Positions 30,245-39,519 of a DNA stretch of 64,000 nt are shown in pieces (the stretch's first letter is position 1; each line of letters begins with the position of its first letter). The stretch lies in the IMG/VR virus record IMGVR_UViG_3300025699_000004, one strand, 5' to 3'. The notes beneath the pieces were generated by a model that saw only the letters and a program-made list of their open reading frames with translations, searched no databases and was not told the origin of the DNA. Position numbers and translations under genes: made by a program. Origin of the DNA: a virus.

Positions 30245-30868
30245 TTACTCTCCAAATTTGTATCCAAAATACTCGATGTCCTTTGCATATTTTTTTGCAA
30301 CAATTTCACGTGTTTCTTCATCGTAGTATTCGGTATAATGCTTGTGTTTTGTTTTGTTTTTGTGTGGAAGTTCTCGTTTTGGAATGCCAACTTTGTCGCA
30401 GACGGTGTTGAAGTCTTCTTGATACGTTTCGAGATTGCCTATAAAACTTAATAATTTTTTGCCATCGGAATTAAATAATTTCATACGAGGGTCGGTGTAT
30501 GGCATTACATGACTCCATTTAAAAAAAGTCCAGTCTGATTCCTTCAAAACATGGTCTCTTATAAAATCAGTAAAATCATTAAATGGAACTTCCCATTTAT
30601 TATTTATCTTCTTACTCGTTACCCAAGGGCATTTCCATGCAGAAACCAATCTCTCAAAGGGATTTCGCACAAAAGAAAAAGAAAATTCTATATCCGATAC
30701 ATCTTCAATATTCGTATAAACATCGGTATCGTGTTCTTCATTAAGTTTATTTGCATTACCATTCACAGTATCAATTAATATATCATTATCACGACACACA
30801 CTTTCCATACTCAATCCACCGCACTTTGGGACATGAATAAAAATAAATTTTCGTTCGTTATCAATCAT
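30245..30868 (-). CDS. Sulfotransferase (Sulfotransfer_2 family)
   Basis: FIHVPKCGGLSM, RNPFERLVSAW, conserved FGE tail; start at ATG 30868 (ATGA overlap). Confidence 0.92.
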   Translation of the reverse strand: MIDNERKFIFIHVPKCGGLSMESVCRDNDILIDTVNGNANKLNEEHDTDVYTNIEDVSDIEFSFSFVRNPFERLVSAWKCPWVTSKKINNKWEVPFNDFTDFIRDHVLKESDWTFFKWSHVMPYTDPRMKLFNSDGKKLLSFIGNLETYQEDFNTVCDKVGIPKRELPHKNKTKHKHYTEYYDEETREIVAKKYAKDIEYFGYKFGE

Positions 30869-31932
30869 TTTCGTTTCCATTTGTTGTTTTTTGTTAAATT
30901 TTTAAAAATGAGCTTTTCAATATGCTCCTCTGAGCTTGGTGTAAATTGAGAGATATATTCCGATGCTCTCATGGAAATATTCTTGCATTCTAGGTCGTTA
31001 TTCCTGCACCATTCTAACTTTTCATCAAAATCGGAAACATCATCTTTTAAAGGGACATAATGAACCCAAGGTTTTAGTTTGAAATGTACTATATTATGCC
31101 ATTTGGGAGTAGGCGCGAGAGTAACGCTATTTGAAAACAATGAAGGTATTAAGCTACTGGGCCAGTCATGCCCCTCTAGGTTCAAAATATATTTATATTC
31201 ACAAATTCGGTAAAACCAATCTATTCTGCTTCCGAATGAATTTTCATTTTCTTTTCTAAAGAATTCATTGTAATATGATAAGTTTTTTAAATTTCTTTTT
31301 AACATTGATTGATATGTAGCGTCTGGAAAATCTATAAATTTTATATTATTTTTACTCGATAGCTTTTCAACAAACCTAATTCTTTGAATATCGTTAGCAT
31401 AACTTTCAATATTTTCGGATTTGAAGAAGTTTTTTCCGTCACGATCTCTTCCTGTCAATGTTCCCCTCCAAACCACTTCGTCAATTTTTTCATTAAACGG
31501 GTAGAGGTCTTTATGCTCAAAATTCGTTAATTGCCCGCTCCATTGCATGTTTTCATCTGGGGTGGCTTCAGTGGAGAGTTGTTTGGTCGTACATGGTAGA
31601 GCAAATAAAATTGAATTATTTTTATTGTATTCTCTATTGTGCGATATGTACGGAATATTTTTCGCATCAAATCCGAATTGAAGTTTTAGCTTTTTAAGTC
31701 TTATGTCTAGTTCTTTTTCCGATAAGTAATCTTCGGAATCTACGATAACTCCTGGATTTTTATCAATTCCGTATTTTATCCATTTTTCAATCCAGTCGAG
31801 ACGTCTTAGGTTATCAGGCATAGGGGTAGTTTTCTCACAATCCCAATCAAATTGGCGGCAAGAGTATTCTTTGTTGTGCCATTTGCCCATTCTGTACTTA
31901 ACCGAATCTTCTATGTAGTTTTTTTCAATCAT
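30865..31932 (-). CDS. GT90 (CAP10-like) glycosyltransferase
   Basis: VVWRGTLTG, YKYILNLEGHDW, LKPWVHYVPL..D.SD..EKLEW. Confidence 0.85.
   Translation of the reverse strand: MIEKNYIEDSVKYRMGKWHNKEYSCRQFDWDCEKTTPMPDNLRRLDWIEKWIKYGIDKNPGVIVDSEDYLSEKELDIRLKKLKLQFGFDAKNIPYISHNREYNKNNSILFALPCTTKQLSTEATPDENMQWSGQLTNFEHKDLYPFNEKIDEVVWRGTLTGRDRDGKNFFKSENIESYANDIQRIRFVEKLSSKNNIKFIDFPDATYQSMLKRNLKNLSYYNEFFRKENENSFGSRIDWFYRICEYKYILNLEGHDWPSSLIPSLFSNSVTLAPTPKWHNIVHFKLKPWVHYVPLKDDVSDFDEKLEWCRNNDLECKNISMRASEYISQFTPSSEEHIEKLIFKNLTKNNKWKRK
31529..31574. repeat. Copy 2 of the 46-nt dispersed direct repeat
   Basis: Matches 9-54 (42/46, first 31 nt exact), offset 31520. Confidence 0.95.
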
Positions 31933-32555
31933 ACTATTTTATTCCCATATTCAAATTTAAAATGCTCAATATCTTTTGAGAAGACTTCCGCAACGATTGA
32001 ACGAGTTTCATCATCGTAGTATTCGGTGTAGTGTTTGTGTTTTGTTTTGTTATTGTGTGGAAGTTGTTGTTGTGGAATTCCAATTTTGTCGCAGATTACG
32101 TTGAAGTCTTGTTGGAGGTTTTCAAATTTGCCTATAAAGTCACAACATTTTGTAGATTCGTATTGAAACCCATGAGCCCATATATTCTCGTAGTTTTGAA
32201 TATATTGTTTAAAGTTGATGTCCGTTAAATCTCTTTTTTTATTTGTAAATTTTTTTTTCTCAAAACAATACCAAGACACAACTCTGTCCCAAGGATTTCT
32301 TACAAATGCAAATTTAAAATAATTGCTATATGAATTGAGGAAGTTTCCAGAACGTTTACAATCACTGTGTTTGTATTTGTGTGGTTCAGTCGCATCAACT
32401 CCACTTTTGCAATTTAAGTTTGTGCTATCATCACCAACTAATTTTCCAACAATTAAATTATCATCTTCAATCTTTTCAAGTACACCGTGGATTGAAGTTG
32501 TACCCGTTTTCTCTGGTGCAATAAATACGAATTTATATTTTGGTGATATAATCAT
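31929..32555 (-). CDS. Sulfotransferase (Sulfotransfer_2 family)
   Basis: FIAPEKTGTTSI, RNPWDRVVSWY, KHKHYTEYYD. Confidence 0.92.
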   Translation of the reverse strand: MIISPKYKFVFIAPEKTGTTSIHGVLEKIEDDNLIVGKLVGDDSTNLNCKSGVDATEPHKYKHSDCKRSGNFLNSYSNYFKFAFVRNPWDRVVSWYCFEKKKFTNKKRDLTDINFKQYIQNYENIWAHGFQYESTKCCDFIGKFENLQQDFNVICDKIGIPQQQLPHNNKTKHKHYTEYYDDETRSIVAEVFSKDIEHFKFEYGNKIV

Positions 32556-32561
32556 TGTAAA

Positions 32562-33422
32562 TTATCCTTTAAATTTTAAAATTTCTGTTAAACTATCTGC
32601 GCTTGCAGGTAAATTGTGAGTTTTGCATAATTTAATCGCAGTGTTAAATCCACTTGATTTCCAGTTTTCCCCAGACAAATTATTAATTTTAAATAAGTTT
32701 CTTGTTTTCTTATTCTCAGTTTCATAATTTGCATTTTGGATTGTATCTTGCATAAAATTCTCAAGTTTTTTATTTAAAGTATTTTCCCAGTAGTCTTCAT
32801 CTAAACAATCTTCGTAAAAAATAGTCAAACAATTTTTATGATACTTTTTCAGTGTGTTATAGTAAACTTCTTTTTCCCAATCGCATCTGATTGCATCTGC
32901 TACAATTAAATTGTAGTTTAAATCTAAGGCTTTATCGGTATTATTAATTTGATTCTTATAGTGTTTATTGTTATGATACACTCCTGTTGTTTTAGCAATT
33001 TGATTGCTTGTTGCTTGTGCAATTGAATCTTTACGAACAAAGTGAATTGCTGGATATTTTAAAATTGAATTTATGCTACATTGATCGTACATTATATTTA
33101 CAAATTCATTGTCATTCAGTGAGTCGTGTGCATCATCGTAAAATTGTTCAGTTTTTTGAATAATTTTATTTGTGTCAAATACTTCAAATGCTTCGAGAGT
33201 AGATAACTTTCTCAAATAACCTTTTTCTGTAATAAATCTTGGTTTAGGTAAATAATAAGAATTCAGTTTTTTTCTTTCAATGAATGTTTTGCTTGAAATT
33301 TCTTCCCACCAATTCACATTATTTTCTTTAGATACGCGCCAACGACCAAACATTCCTGCCAGCTTTTCACAAAACCAAGTTGTTCCACTTCTTTGTGACG
33401 ATACTATAAAGAATTTTCTCAT
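32562..33422 (-). CDS. Stf0-like sulfotransferase
   Basis: SSQRSGTTWF, HFVRKDSIAQATS...AKTTGVYH, IFYED. Confidence 0.8.
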   Translation of the reverse strand: MRKFFIVSSQRSGTTWFCEKLAGMFGRWRVSKENNVNWWEEISSKTFIERKKLNSYYLPKPRFITEKGYLRKLSTLEAFEVFDTNKIIQKTEQFYDDAHDSLNDNEFVNIMYDQCSINSILKYPAIHFVRKDSIAQATSNQIAKTTGVYHNNKHYKNQINNTDKALDLNYNLIVADAIRCDWEKEVYYNTLKKYHKNCLTIFYEDCLDEDYWENTLNKKLENFMQDTIQNANYETENKKTRNLFKINNLSGENWKSSGFNTAIKLCKTHNLPASADSLTEILKFKG

Positions 33423-33427
33423 TTTAT

Positions 33428-34048
33428 TTACTCTCCAAATTTATACCCAAAATATTCAATGTCTCGTGCATATTTTTCCGCAACAATTTGTTTTGTTTCT
33501 TCATCATAGTATTCGGTGTAGTGTTTATGTTTTGTTTTGTTTTTATGTGGAAGTTTTTGTCGTGGAATTCCTATTTTGTCGCATACGGTGTTGAAGTCTT
33601 CTTGGAAGTTTTCAAATCTTCCGATGAAATCAACAAGTAGCTTTCCATTATCATCGTAAAGAAACTTGTACTGATGATCCCATTGTACATGGAGTTTTGC
33701 CACGATCAAGAGGTTTATATAATCATTAAATGATGCAGATTCAGTAATACCAATGTGATCCATTAAATCAGGTCGTTTAGTTATATTGTAATTGTACTGA
33801 GAAACCATTTTTTCCCAAGGGTTTCTTACAAACGAAAATGTAAAATACTCGGAAAATATATCTCCACCAACCTCTTCTATAATGTGTGATGACATTAAAT
33901 GTTGAAGTCCTCCTGTTTGATATTTATTTGGAGACATCCAAAGGTCTTTTGTAGTACGTTTTTTCGGTTTAAATAATAAATCTTCTACACTTGTTCCACC
34001 TGTTTTCGGAATATGAATAAAAATAAATTTATGTTTGTGATTTATCAT
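33428..34048 (-). CDS. Sulfotransferase (Sulfotransfer_2 family)
   Basis: FIHIPKTGGTSV, RNPWEKMVSQY, FGE tail. Confidence 0.93.
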   Translation of the reverse strand: MINHKHKFIFIHIPKTGGTSVEDLLFKPKKRTTKDLWMSPNKYQTGGLQHLMSSHIIEEVGGDIFSEYFTFSFVRNPWEKMVSQYNYNITKRPDLMDHIGITESASFNDYINLLIVAKLHVQWDHQYKFLYDDNGKLLVDFIGRFENFQEDFNTVCDKIGIPRQKLPHKNKTKHKHYTEYYDEETKQIVAEKYARDIEYFGYKFGE

Positions 34049-34051
34049 TGC

Positions 34052-34624
34052 TTATACTCCAAATTTATACCCAAAATATTCAATGTCTCGTGCATATTTT
34101 TCCGCAACGATTTGCTTTGTTTCTTCATCGTAGTATTCGGTGTAATGCGGGCCTTTAATTTGATGTTCATGCTTTAATTTACACTTAGGCATTCCAGTTG
34201 AATGACATATTTTGCGAAAATCCTCCTCAATACTCTCAAATCTCCCAATAAAATCAAAGCTCTTAAAATCACCAATCATTTGTGAATATGAAAATGCATG
34301 AGGCGCATCATCAGGGTCGAACTTTTTCAAGAACTCCTTAAAAGTCATTTTTCTATAAAATTTCTTTTCACGCTTTCTGGGCCAACGAAATTTTTTATTG
34401 GTATACCATTTATACTCGGAAACATATTTATCCCAGGGATTTCTAACAAAAGTAAACTTAAAGTATTGATTGAATTTTTCAGGCCCCAACCTTTTCTCCA
34501 TTCTTTTGGCTGGTAAATGGTGATGCCCAACCCTGAAACAGTAAGGTTTTATGCATTTCTCAATAGACGTGCCTCCTGTTTTAGGAATGTGTAAAAAAAT
34601 AAATTTATAAATATCGCTGATCAT
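34052..34624 (-). CDS. Sulfotransferase (Sulfotransfer_2 family)
   Basis: FLHIPKTGGTSI, RNPWDKYVSEY, conserved tail. Confidence 0.93.
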   Translation of the reverse strand: MISDIYKFIFLHIPKTGGTSIEKCIKPYCFRVGHHHLPAKRMEKRLGPEKFNQYFKFTFVRNPWDKYVSEYKWYTNKKFRWPRKREKKFYRKMTFKEFLKKFDPDDAPHAFSYSQMIGDFKSFDFIGRFESIEEDFRKICHSTGMPKCKLKHEHQIKGPHYTEYYDEETKQIVAEKYARDIEYFGYKFGV

Positions 34625-34626
34625 TT

Positions 34627-35280
34627 TTACTTAATTGAAAATAATTCTGAATGCTTTTCGTTCATAAAACTTAAAACCAACTCTTCGTCATATATATTAA
34701 AAACTCGATCAACCTCTTTGAGGCATTCGATATATTTTTCTTCAAATTCCTTAATGATTTCAACGGGTAGCCTTAGCGCCCCTGCTTTTAATTTTATTTT
34801 GGGAAACTTAGCTTCCAATAACCCTCCATATGGATTTCCTGGTATTGAATGATATTTCTTTATTACCATTTTTTTTTCTAGTCCACCGTTTAGAATTTCT
34901 CCGAAACCTCTATTAAAAACACAATCTCTCCACACTATATCTTTAACTAAAGAAAGATCACTAACCCTTTTGAAAAGAAGAATCTTGCTTGTCCATATAG
35001 TAGCTAGTTTAAGATACGAAGAACTCTTTATACGCAACCCGTATTTAGTATATACATAATCCATAGATTCGCAGTATTTTGTTAAATTTTTTAAATAAGG
35101 TTTGCTTGGCAAATCTTTAAAATTTAATTTAATATTATTACTAAAATCTATTTTTTCTTCTGAGAAAAAATTATCTATATTCAACTTCTTTGCGCCTCGA
35201 AGGTGCCTGCCATTAGTTGGCTTGACGTTACCTTCTACCTTCCAGTATCCAGAGAACGTGGCTCTATTTAATATACTCAT
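34627..35280 (-). CDS. Hypothetical protein, possibly HtrL/WlaTC-like glycosyltransferase
   Basis: IWTSKILLFK and DEELV motifs loosely resemble that family; context in the GT island. Confidence 0.35.
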   Translation of the reverse strand: MSILNRATFSGYWKVEGNVKPTNGRHLRGAKKLNIDNFFSEEKIDFSNNIKLNFKDLPSKPYLKNLTKYCESMDYVYTKYGLRIKSSSYLKLATIWTSKILLFKRVSDLSLVKDIVWRDCVFNRGFGEILNGGLEKKMVIKKYHSIPGNPYGGLLEAKFPKIKLKAGALRLPVEIIKEFEEKYIECLKEVDRVFNIYDEELVLSFMNEKHSELFSIK

Positions 35281-36088
35281 TAATTATGTAGTTTTTTTTA
35301 TTCAGTTGCAGATTCTTTAATATTTTCGGATTGATGTTAAAAGTTTCGTAGTCTCGTGTGCCGTGCCCTGTATCGTTCTGCCTGTAATGGTTCAGACCTA
35401 ACTCTTCTATTTTAGGATTGAACCATTTTCCGTAAGGAGCAGTTTGCGCCTTATGAGGCTGTAGTTTTGTGGTTATTGATGGCTTGTAAATATATTTTCT
35501 AAATTTATCACCTTTTGAATGAAGCATTGATTTTGATATTTCTGTAATTAATTTATCAGGGTTTAGATCTCTAGACTCAAATCTAATCTGCCTCATCCTG
35601 ACCAGTCCTACTGTATCACTCAATCCAGACAAGTATTCCTTGATATCATTTTTTCGCCCTTGATCTATTACTAGAAATTCATCCATATCTAGACTCGCAC
35701 ACCAATCGACGCCTTTTCCTCTTAATCTTGCTGCACAATGTCCGTGAGCTCGAGCTTGAGCATATTCGACTTTACCGTGTCGGTCTAATGGAGACCATTC
35801 CACAAAATGAACTCCTGGATATTTGTCTGAAATATCTTTTAAAATTGAATCAATCTGTTTTTCATTTAAAGGAACCTCCTGTTTAAAATCCCACCCGTGC
35901 TTATTTACTCTTCCAGGCTTAATATATTCATTCTTCATCCTTATCTCCCAGAAGGGTTTCGTTTGTACTTTTGAATTATCATACAGATAAAATTCATCAA
36001 AACCTAATTGCGAATGATAATCTATCCATTCTTCCAGCCATAAGATATTCTCTTTGGCGATAAAAACATTATGCATTGCCGTTTTCAT
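35264..36088 (-). CDS. GT92/GT2-like glycosyltransferase
   Basis: LEEWIDYHSQLGFDEFYLYDNS, SLDMDEFL, LNHY. Confidence 0.8.
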   Translation of the reverse strand: MKTAMHNVFIAKENILWLEEWIDYHSQLGFDEFYLYDNSKVQTKPFWEIRMKNEYIKPGRVNKHGWDFKQEVPLNEKQIDSILKDISDKYPGVHFVEWSPLDRHGKVEYAQARAHGHCAARLRGKGVDWCASLDMDEFLVIDQGRKNDIKEYLSGLSDTVGLVRMRQIRFESRDLNPDKLITEISKSMLHSKGDKFRKYIYKPSITTKLQPHKAQTAPYGKWFNPKIEELGLNHYRQNDTGHGTRDYETFNINPKILKNLQLNKKNYIINEYIK

Positions 36089-36564
36089 TAATCTTCCTCC
36101 TGATTTACGGAAAGGGAAAATTGTTCTTCCTCTTCCTTAGATACTTTTTTCTTACTTTCAACTTTATGTATTCTCTTTCTAAGCCCAGTACTTGAAAAGT
36201 CGTGGTCTCTTGAATTATAATATATTTCTATGCTCTTTTTCAAACATATATCTTTTCCAGAAAAATCTACATCTTTGTAATCAGATCCTATAATTCTAAT
36301 GTTCACGTCGTAACACAATAAAATATCATGCAAATCTTTTTCTAAATTATATGGTATAATTTCGTCTACATATTTAACAGCAGAAAGCTGTATATAGCGC
36401 TCAACAATACTTTGAACTGGAGCATTTTTTTGAGGTCTTTCCACTTGCGGGTCAACATGCAGACCGCATACTAAATAGTCGCATTTACTTTTAGCTTCTT
36501 TTAGCATTGAAATGTGCCCAGAATGCAAAAGGTCAAAGGTTGAAAATGTTATTCCTGTTTTCAT
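36088..36564 (-). CDS. Cytidylyltransferase (TagD-like, HIGH superfamily)
   Basis: FSTFDLLHSGHISML, LVCGL, ERY, GSDY, FSST. Confidence 0.88.
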   Translation of the reverse strand: MKTGITFSTFDLLHSGHISMLKEAKSKCDYLVCGLHVDPQVERPQKNAPVQSIVERYIQLSAVKYVDEIIPYNLEKDLHDILLCYDVNIRIIGSDYKDVDFSGKDICLKKSIEIYYNSRDHDFSSTGLRKRIHKVESKKKVSKEEEEQFSLSVNQEED

Positions 36565-36565
36565 G

Positions 36566-36799
36566 TTATACTATATTTTCTCCTAGGTTATTTTTAAATA
36601 ATTCCGAATCGTTCCATTTAGATTTCATCCTCATTTCGCTAATAATTTCGCAAATTATAAGTTTTTTTTCTTCGTCTAAAGTCTTAAATTTTTTCTTTGC
36701 AATTATGTATGCAGCAGAAACCTTTGAGTTGGTCGAGTCCTCTAAGTTTAACATCGCCTGAACTGTTAAAAAATCAATAATCTCGTTATCTGTACACAT
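36566..36799 (-). CDS. Hypothetical protein
   Basis: 77-aa ORF packed in the operon. Confidence 0.55.
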   Translation of the reverse strand: MCTDNEIIDFLTVQAMLNLEDSTNSKVSAAYIIAKKKFKTLDEEKKLIICEIISEMRMKSKWNDSELFKNNLGENIV

Positions 36800-36801
36800 T
36801 T

Positions 36802-37179
36802 TTAATACCCCATGTCTTCGTAATCATCCCAGTAAACAGAGCCCAATCCACAATCTCTTAACAAATTAACTCCAATGGCTCTATCTCCCCTTTTGCCTGG
36901 ATCCATATCGTTAATTAAAACTCTAGGTCCTCTTTCGATTTCCATGATTAATCTGCTATAAGGAAGGTCGTACATAGACAATTCTTTCTCGGTGTGCTCT
37001 CTTAAATACTCAGGCCTTGCTGTTGTCAGTATTACCATATGACCGTTACTTGACCAGCAGTCTAATTTTTCTTTTACTCCGTCCAGAAGTTCTGGTGTTG
37101 AAGTCTCATAAGTTTCGAACTTTCTATATTTAAATAAAGTTCCATCTATATCGCAAAATATTGTATTTTTCTTTTCCAT
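36802..37179 (-). CDS. HAD-superfamily phosphatase (capsule-biosynthesis phosphatase-like)
   Basis: FCDIDGTL motif I, LTTARP motif II, LIND. Confidence 0.85.
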   Translation of the reverse strand: MEKKNTIFCDIDGTLFKYRKFETYETSTPELLDGVKEKLDCWSSNGHMVILTTARPEYLREHTEKELSMYDLPYSRLIMEIERGPRVLINDMDPGKRGDRAIGVNLLRDCGLGSVYWDDYEDMGY

Positions 37180-37228
37180 TTTAATTATTGGGTTGTTAGT
37201 GTTTGTCTCATTATTCCTTCTGTTATGC

Positions 37229-38437
37229 TCATTTTAATTTCATCTGTTCTTGAAATCTGGAATCCCAGTCTATTTCTTCTGGCGAGCTAAAATCTAAGAG
37301 AGAAAATACATAAAGTGCTAAAGCTGAAACAACGAAAACCCCTAAAACTACCCATGCTACATTTTTCCTTAGCCAACTCTCTGGCTTTTCTGGTTTAGGC
37401 TCTTCTGGTTTAGGCTCTTCTGGCAAGGGTTCTTCTGGTGTGGGCTCTTCGGGCTCAGGGTCTGGATAGGGATGTGGTATATCGGGCTCAGGTTTTTTTT
37501 CTTCTGGAAATTCTTCTTTCAGGAGTTTCTCTATATCTACAACTCCATGACCCCAGTTTTTATCTTTCCCCTTTTCCCCTTTGTCCGATGTATATCTTAA
37601 CAAATGACCTCTTATTTCTTCTACTGTCTTGCAATCATTAAGGCCTGTTTCTTTTTCTTTTTGTTTGTGCTTTGAAAGCATTAAAGCTATGATTCCAACT
37701 AAATACGGGCAAGCCATTGAAGTTCCGCTTAAAGATGCATATGCATTGTTTAAGAAGGTACTGAATATTCTATGTCCAGGAGCGGCCCAATCAACCTCTT
37801 TACCTCTAGATGAAAAATCTGCAATTTCCCCGTTCTTATCAAAAGCCGCCACCGATATTGTTTCTGGGTACGCAGCTGGATAACTAACTCCAGCGTGTCC
37901 AGAATTACCAGCCGAACAAACTATGGGTATGTTTTTCTCATAAGCTTTTATGACTGCTTCCTCTATATCTTTACTGGGCCTACTTGCCCCCAAAGACATC
38001 GAAATTATGTCTGGCTTAAAATCTATAGCCATTAATATGGCTTTAGCTACATTAGAGGAGCTACCAGAGCCGTTTCTATTAAGTGCTTTTATACAAATGC
38101 ACCTCGACTCTGGAGCTACCCCAACATATCCCTGATTATTGTCTTTTGCGCAAATAATGCCCACGCAATGAGTTTGGTGCCCGTTTAAATCTTCAATACC
38201 TTCTCCTGACACGAGATTGACTCCAGCAATCGCGTTATCTCCGATATCGTTATGATTGGGCTTACCTGTATCAATTACAACTATACTTATTCCCTTGCCT
38301 TTCGATATTTTCCAAGATTCTGGAATATTGCAATATTTCATCCCCCAGTCTAAAGACTGAGAGAGGGTCGCTGTCATTTCGTTAACTTGATAATTTGGTA
38401 TTGATACTTCTTCTTTTTCGCTTTTTTGTTTTGGCAT
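37229..38437 (-). CDS. S8 subtilisin-like serine protease with Pro/Glu linker and C-terminal TM anchor
   Basis: IDTG (Asp), HQTHCVG (His), GTSMA (Ser); PEEPK repeats; hydrophobic C-terminal helix. Confidence 0.92.
   Translation of the reverse strand: MPKQKSEKEEVSIPNYQVNEMTATLSQSLDWGMKYCNIPESWKISKGKGISIVVIDTGKPNHNDIGDNAIAGVNLVSGEGIEDLNGHQTHCVGIICAKDNNQGYVGVAPESRCICIKALNRNGSGSSSNVAKAILMAIDFKPDIISMSLGASRPSKDIEEAVIKAYEKNIPIVCSAGNSGHAGVSYPAAYPETISVAAFDKNGEIADFSSRGKEVDWAAPGHRIFSTFLNNAYASLSGTSMACPYLVGIIALMLSKHKQKEKETGLNDCKTVEEIRGHLLRYTSDKGEKGKDKNWGHGVVDIEKLLKEEFPEEKKPEPDIPHPYPDPEPEEPTPEEPLPEEPKPEEPKPEKPESWLRKNVAWVVLGVFVVSALALYVFSLLDFSSPEEIDWDSRFQEQMKLK
37389..37450. repeat. 15-bp imperfect tandem repeat encoding PEEP(K/L/T) linker
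   Basis: tctggtttaggctct units inside the protease ORF. Confidence 0.7.
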
Positions 38438-38457
38438 TTTATTTTCGCAATTTTTTT

Positions 38458-39285
38458 TTACTCAGGCCTCTTCCCTAAAGGTTTTCCATCCTGACCTATT
38501 TCGCCCGCTCGTATTTTAGTAGCTGATACAGCTTGCAATTCCTTACTTAGCTCAAGTTGTTCGATATTATATCCAACTCCTCTGCCATAAAAAACGTCCA
38601 TTATGTTTGGAACTTCTATGATTTTCACTTTATCTCCGAAATCAACGCATGCAGCCATAATTTCAGCCTTGACTTTCTCAAAGCTGTAAGGGTTGCTGTC
38701 GTCCATTCCTCCTACATCTCTAAGAGCTATGCAGCACTGACCAGTTCTTTTAATTGCTTCTGCAACTAAAGTTTTATGGCCAACATGAAAAGGTTGATAT
38801 CTGCCTATTAGTAATGCGGTTGGAGCTTGGTTGTCCCATTTTTCCGTGGCATAAATATTCTCTAATGCAGTTTCGCACCATTCTTGAGGAGTGCCTTCGT
38901 TTAATATCAAATCCCTATCGTCCCACCTTTCATCTTTGGTCGGATCCTCAAAAATAGCATTCGTATCAGCATATCTACCTTCTTCGATTCTATTGACCCA
39001 AATTACATAATCGGGATTAAAAAGCTTTCTAGCATCTTCCGTGGGGCAACAAAAATCAGATACAACATATCCACCTCCTAGTGCGGACCAATCAGCCAGC
39101 TTGCCCATTCTCCTGGAATGCTCGTTTCTATCTTCTTCGGTAAACCCTAAGTCTTTATGAATTTCCTGTCTAACAGCATCAGCGTTAAACCAGACAGCGT
39201 TCAATTTAGGAACTAATAGTTCTGCCAGAGTAGTTTTACCAGACCCTGGAAGCCCCATTATTAATATTTTCCTTTTAGTTTTCAT
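38458..39285 (-). CDS. cysC: Adenylylsulfate (APS) kinase fused to HIGH-type nucleotidyltransferase
   Basis: GLPGSGKTT P-loop, NADAVR...DLGFTEEDRNEHSRR, FCCP; C-terminal GRYQPFHVGH and VSATKIR. Confidence 0.85.
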   Translation of the reverse strand: MKTKRKILIMGLPGSGKTTLAELLVPKLNAVWFNADAVRQEIHKDLGFTEEDRNEHSRRMGKLADWSALGGGYVVSDFCCPTEDARKLFNPDYVIWVNRIEEGRYADTNAIFEDPTKDERWDDRDLILNEGTPQEWCETALENIYATEKWDNQAPTALLIGRYQPFHVGHKTLVAEAIKRTGQCCIALRDVGGMDDSNPYSFEKVKAEIMAACVDFGDKVKIIEVPNIMDVFYGRGVGYNIEQLELSKELQAVSATKIRAGEIGQDGKPLGKRPE

Positions 39286-39397
39286 TTGTTTTTTTTATTT
39301 CCCTTTTTATTTTGTTATATTTTATCGGTTTATAATAGTATTCAATTACACCATAATATAGTGCAGCGAGAATGCCTATTATAATCAATCCGTCCAC
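39275..39397 (-). CDS. 40-aa single-pass membrane microprotein (not in the ORF track)
   Basis: GTG start 9 nt after a GTGTA motif; MDGLIIIGILAALYYGVIEYYYKPIKYNKIKREIKKTNEN; overlaps the cysC start. Confidence 0.6.
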   Translation of the reverse strand: MDGLIIIGILAALYYGVIEYYYKPIKYNKIKREIKKTNEN

Positions 39398-39484
39398 ACT
39401 TACTATTACACTTTTTTTGAGTTTGTGAAAAAAAAATTTCCCATTTTATTTTTTTTCCTGTAGGGCCCCTGTATGAAATTTTTT

Positions 39485-39512
39485 TTGACTTTTAATCGCC
39501 ATGCGTTATAAT
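39485..39512 (+). promoter_or_regulatory. Sigma70-type promoter for tRNA-Thr
   Basis: TTGACT-16-TATAAT, 7 nt before the tRNA. Confidence 0.75.
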
Positions 39513-39519
39513 TACATAA

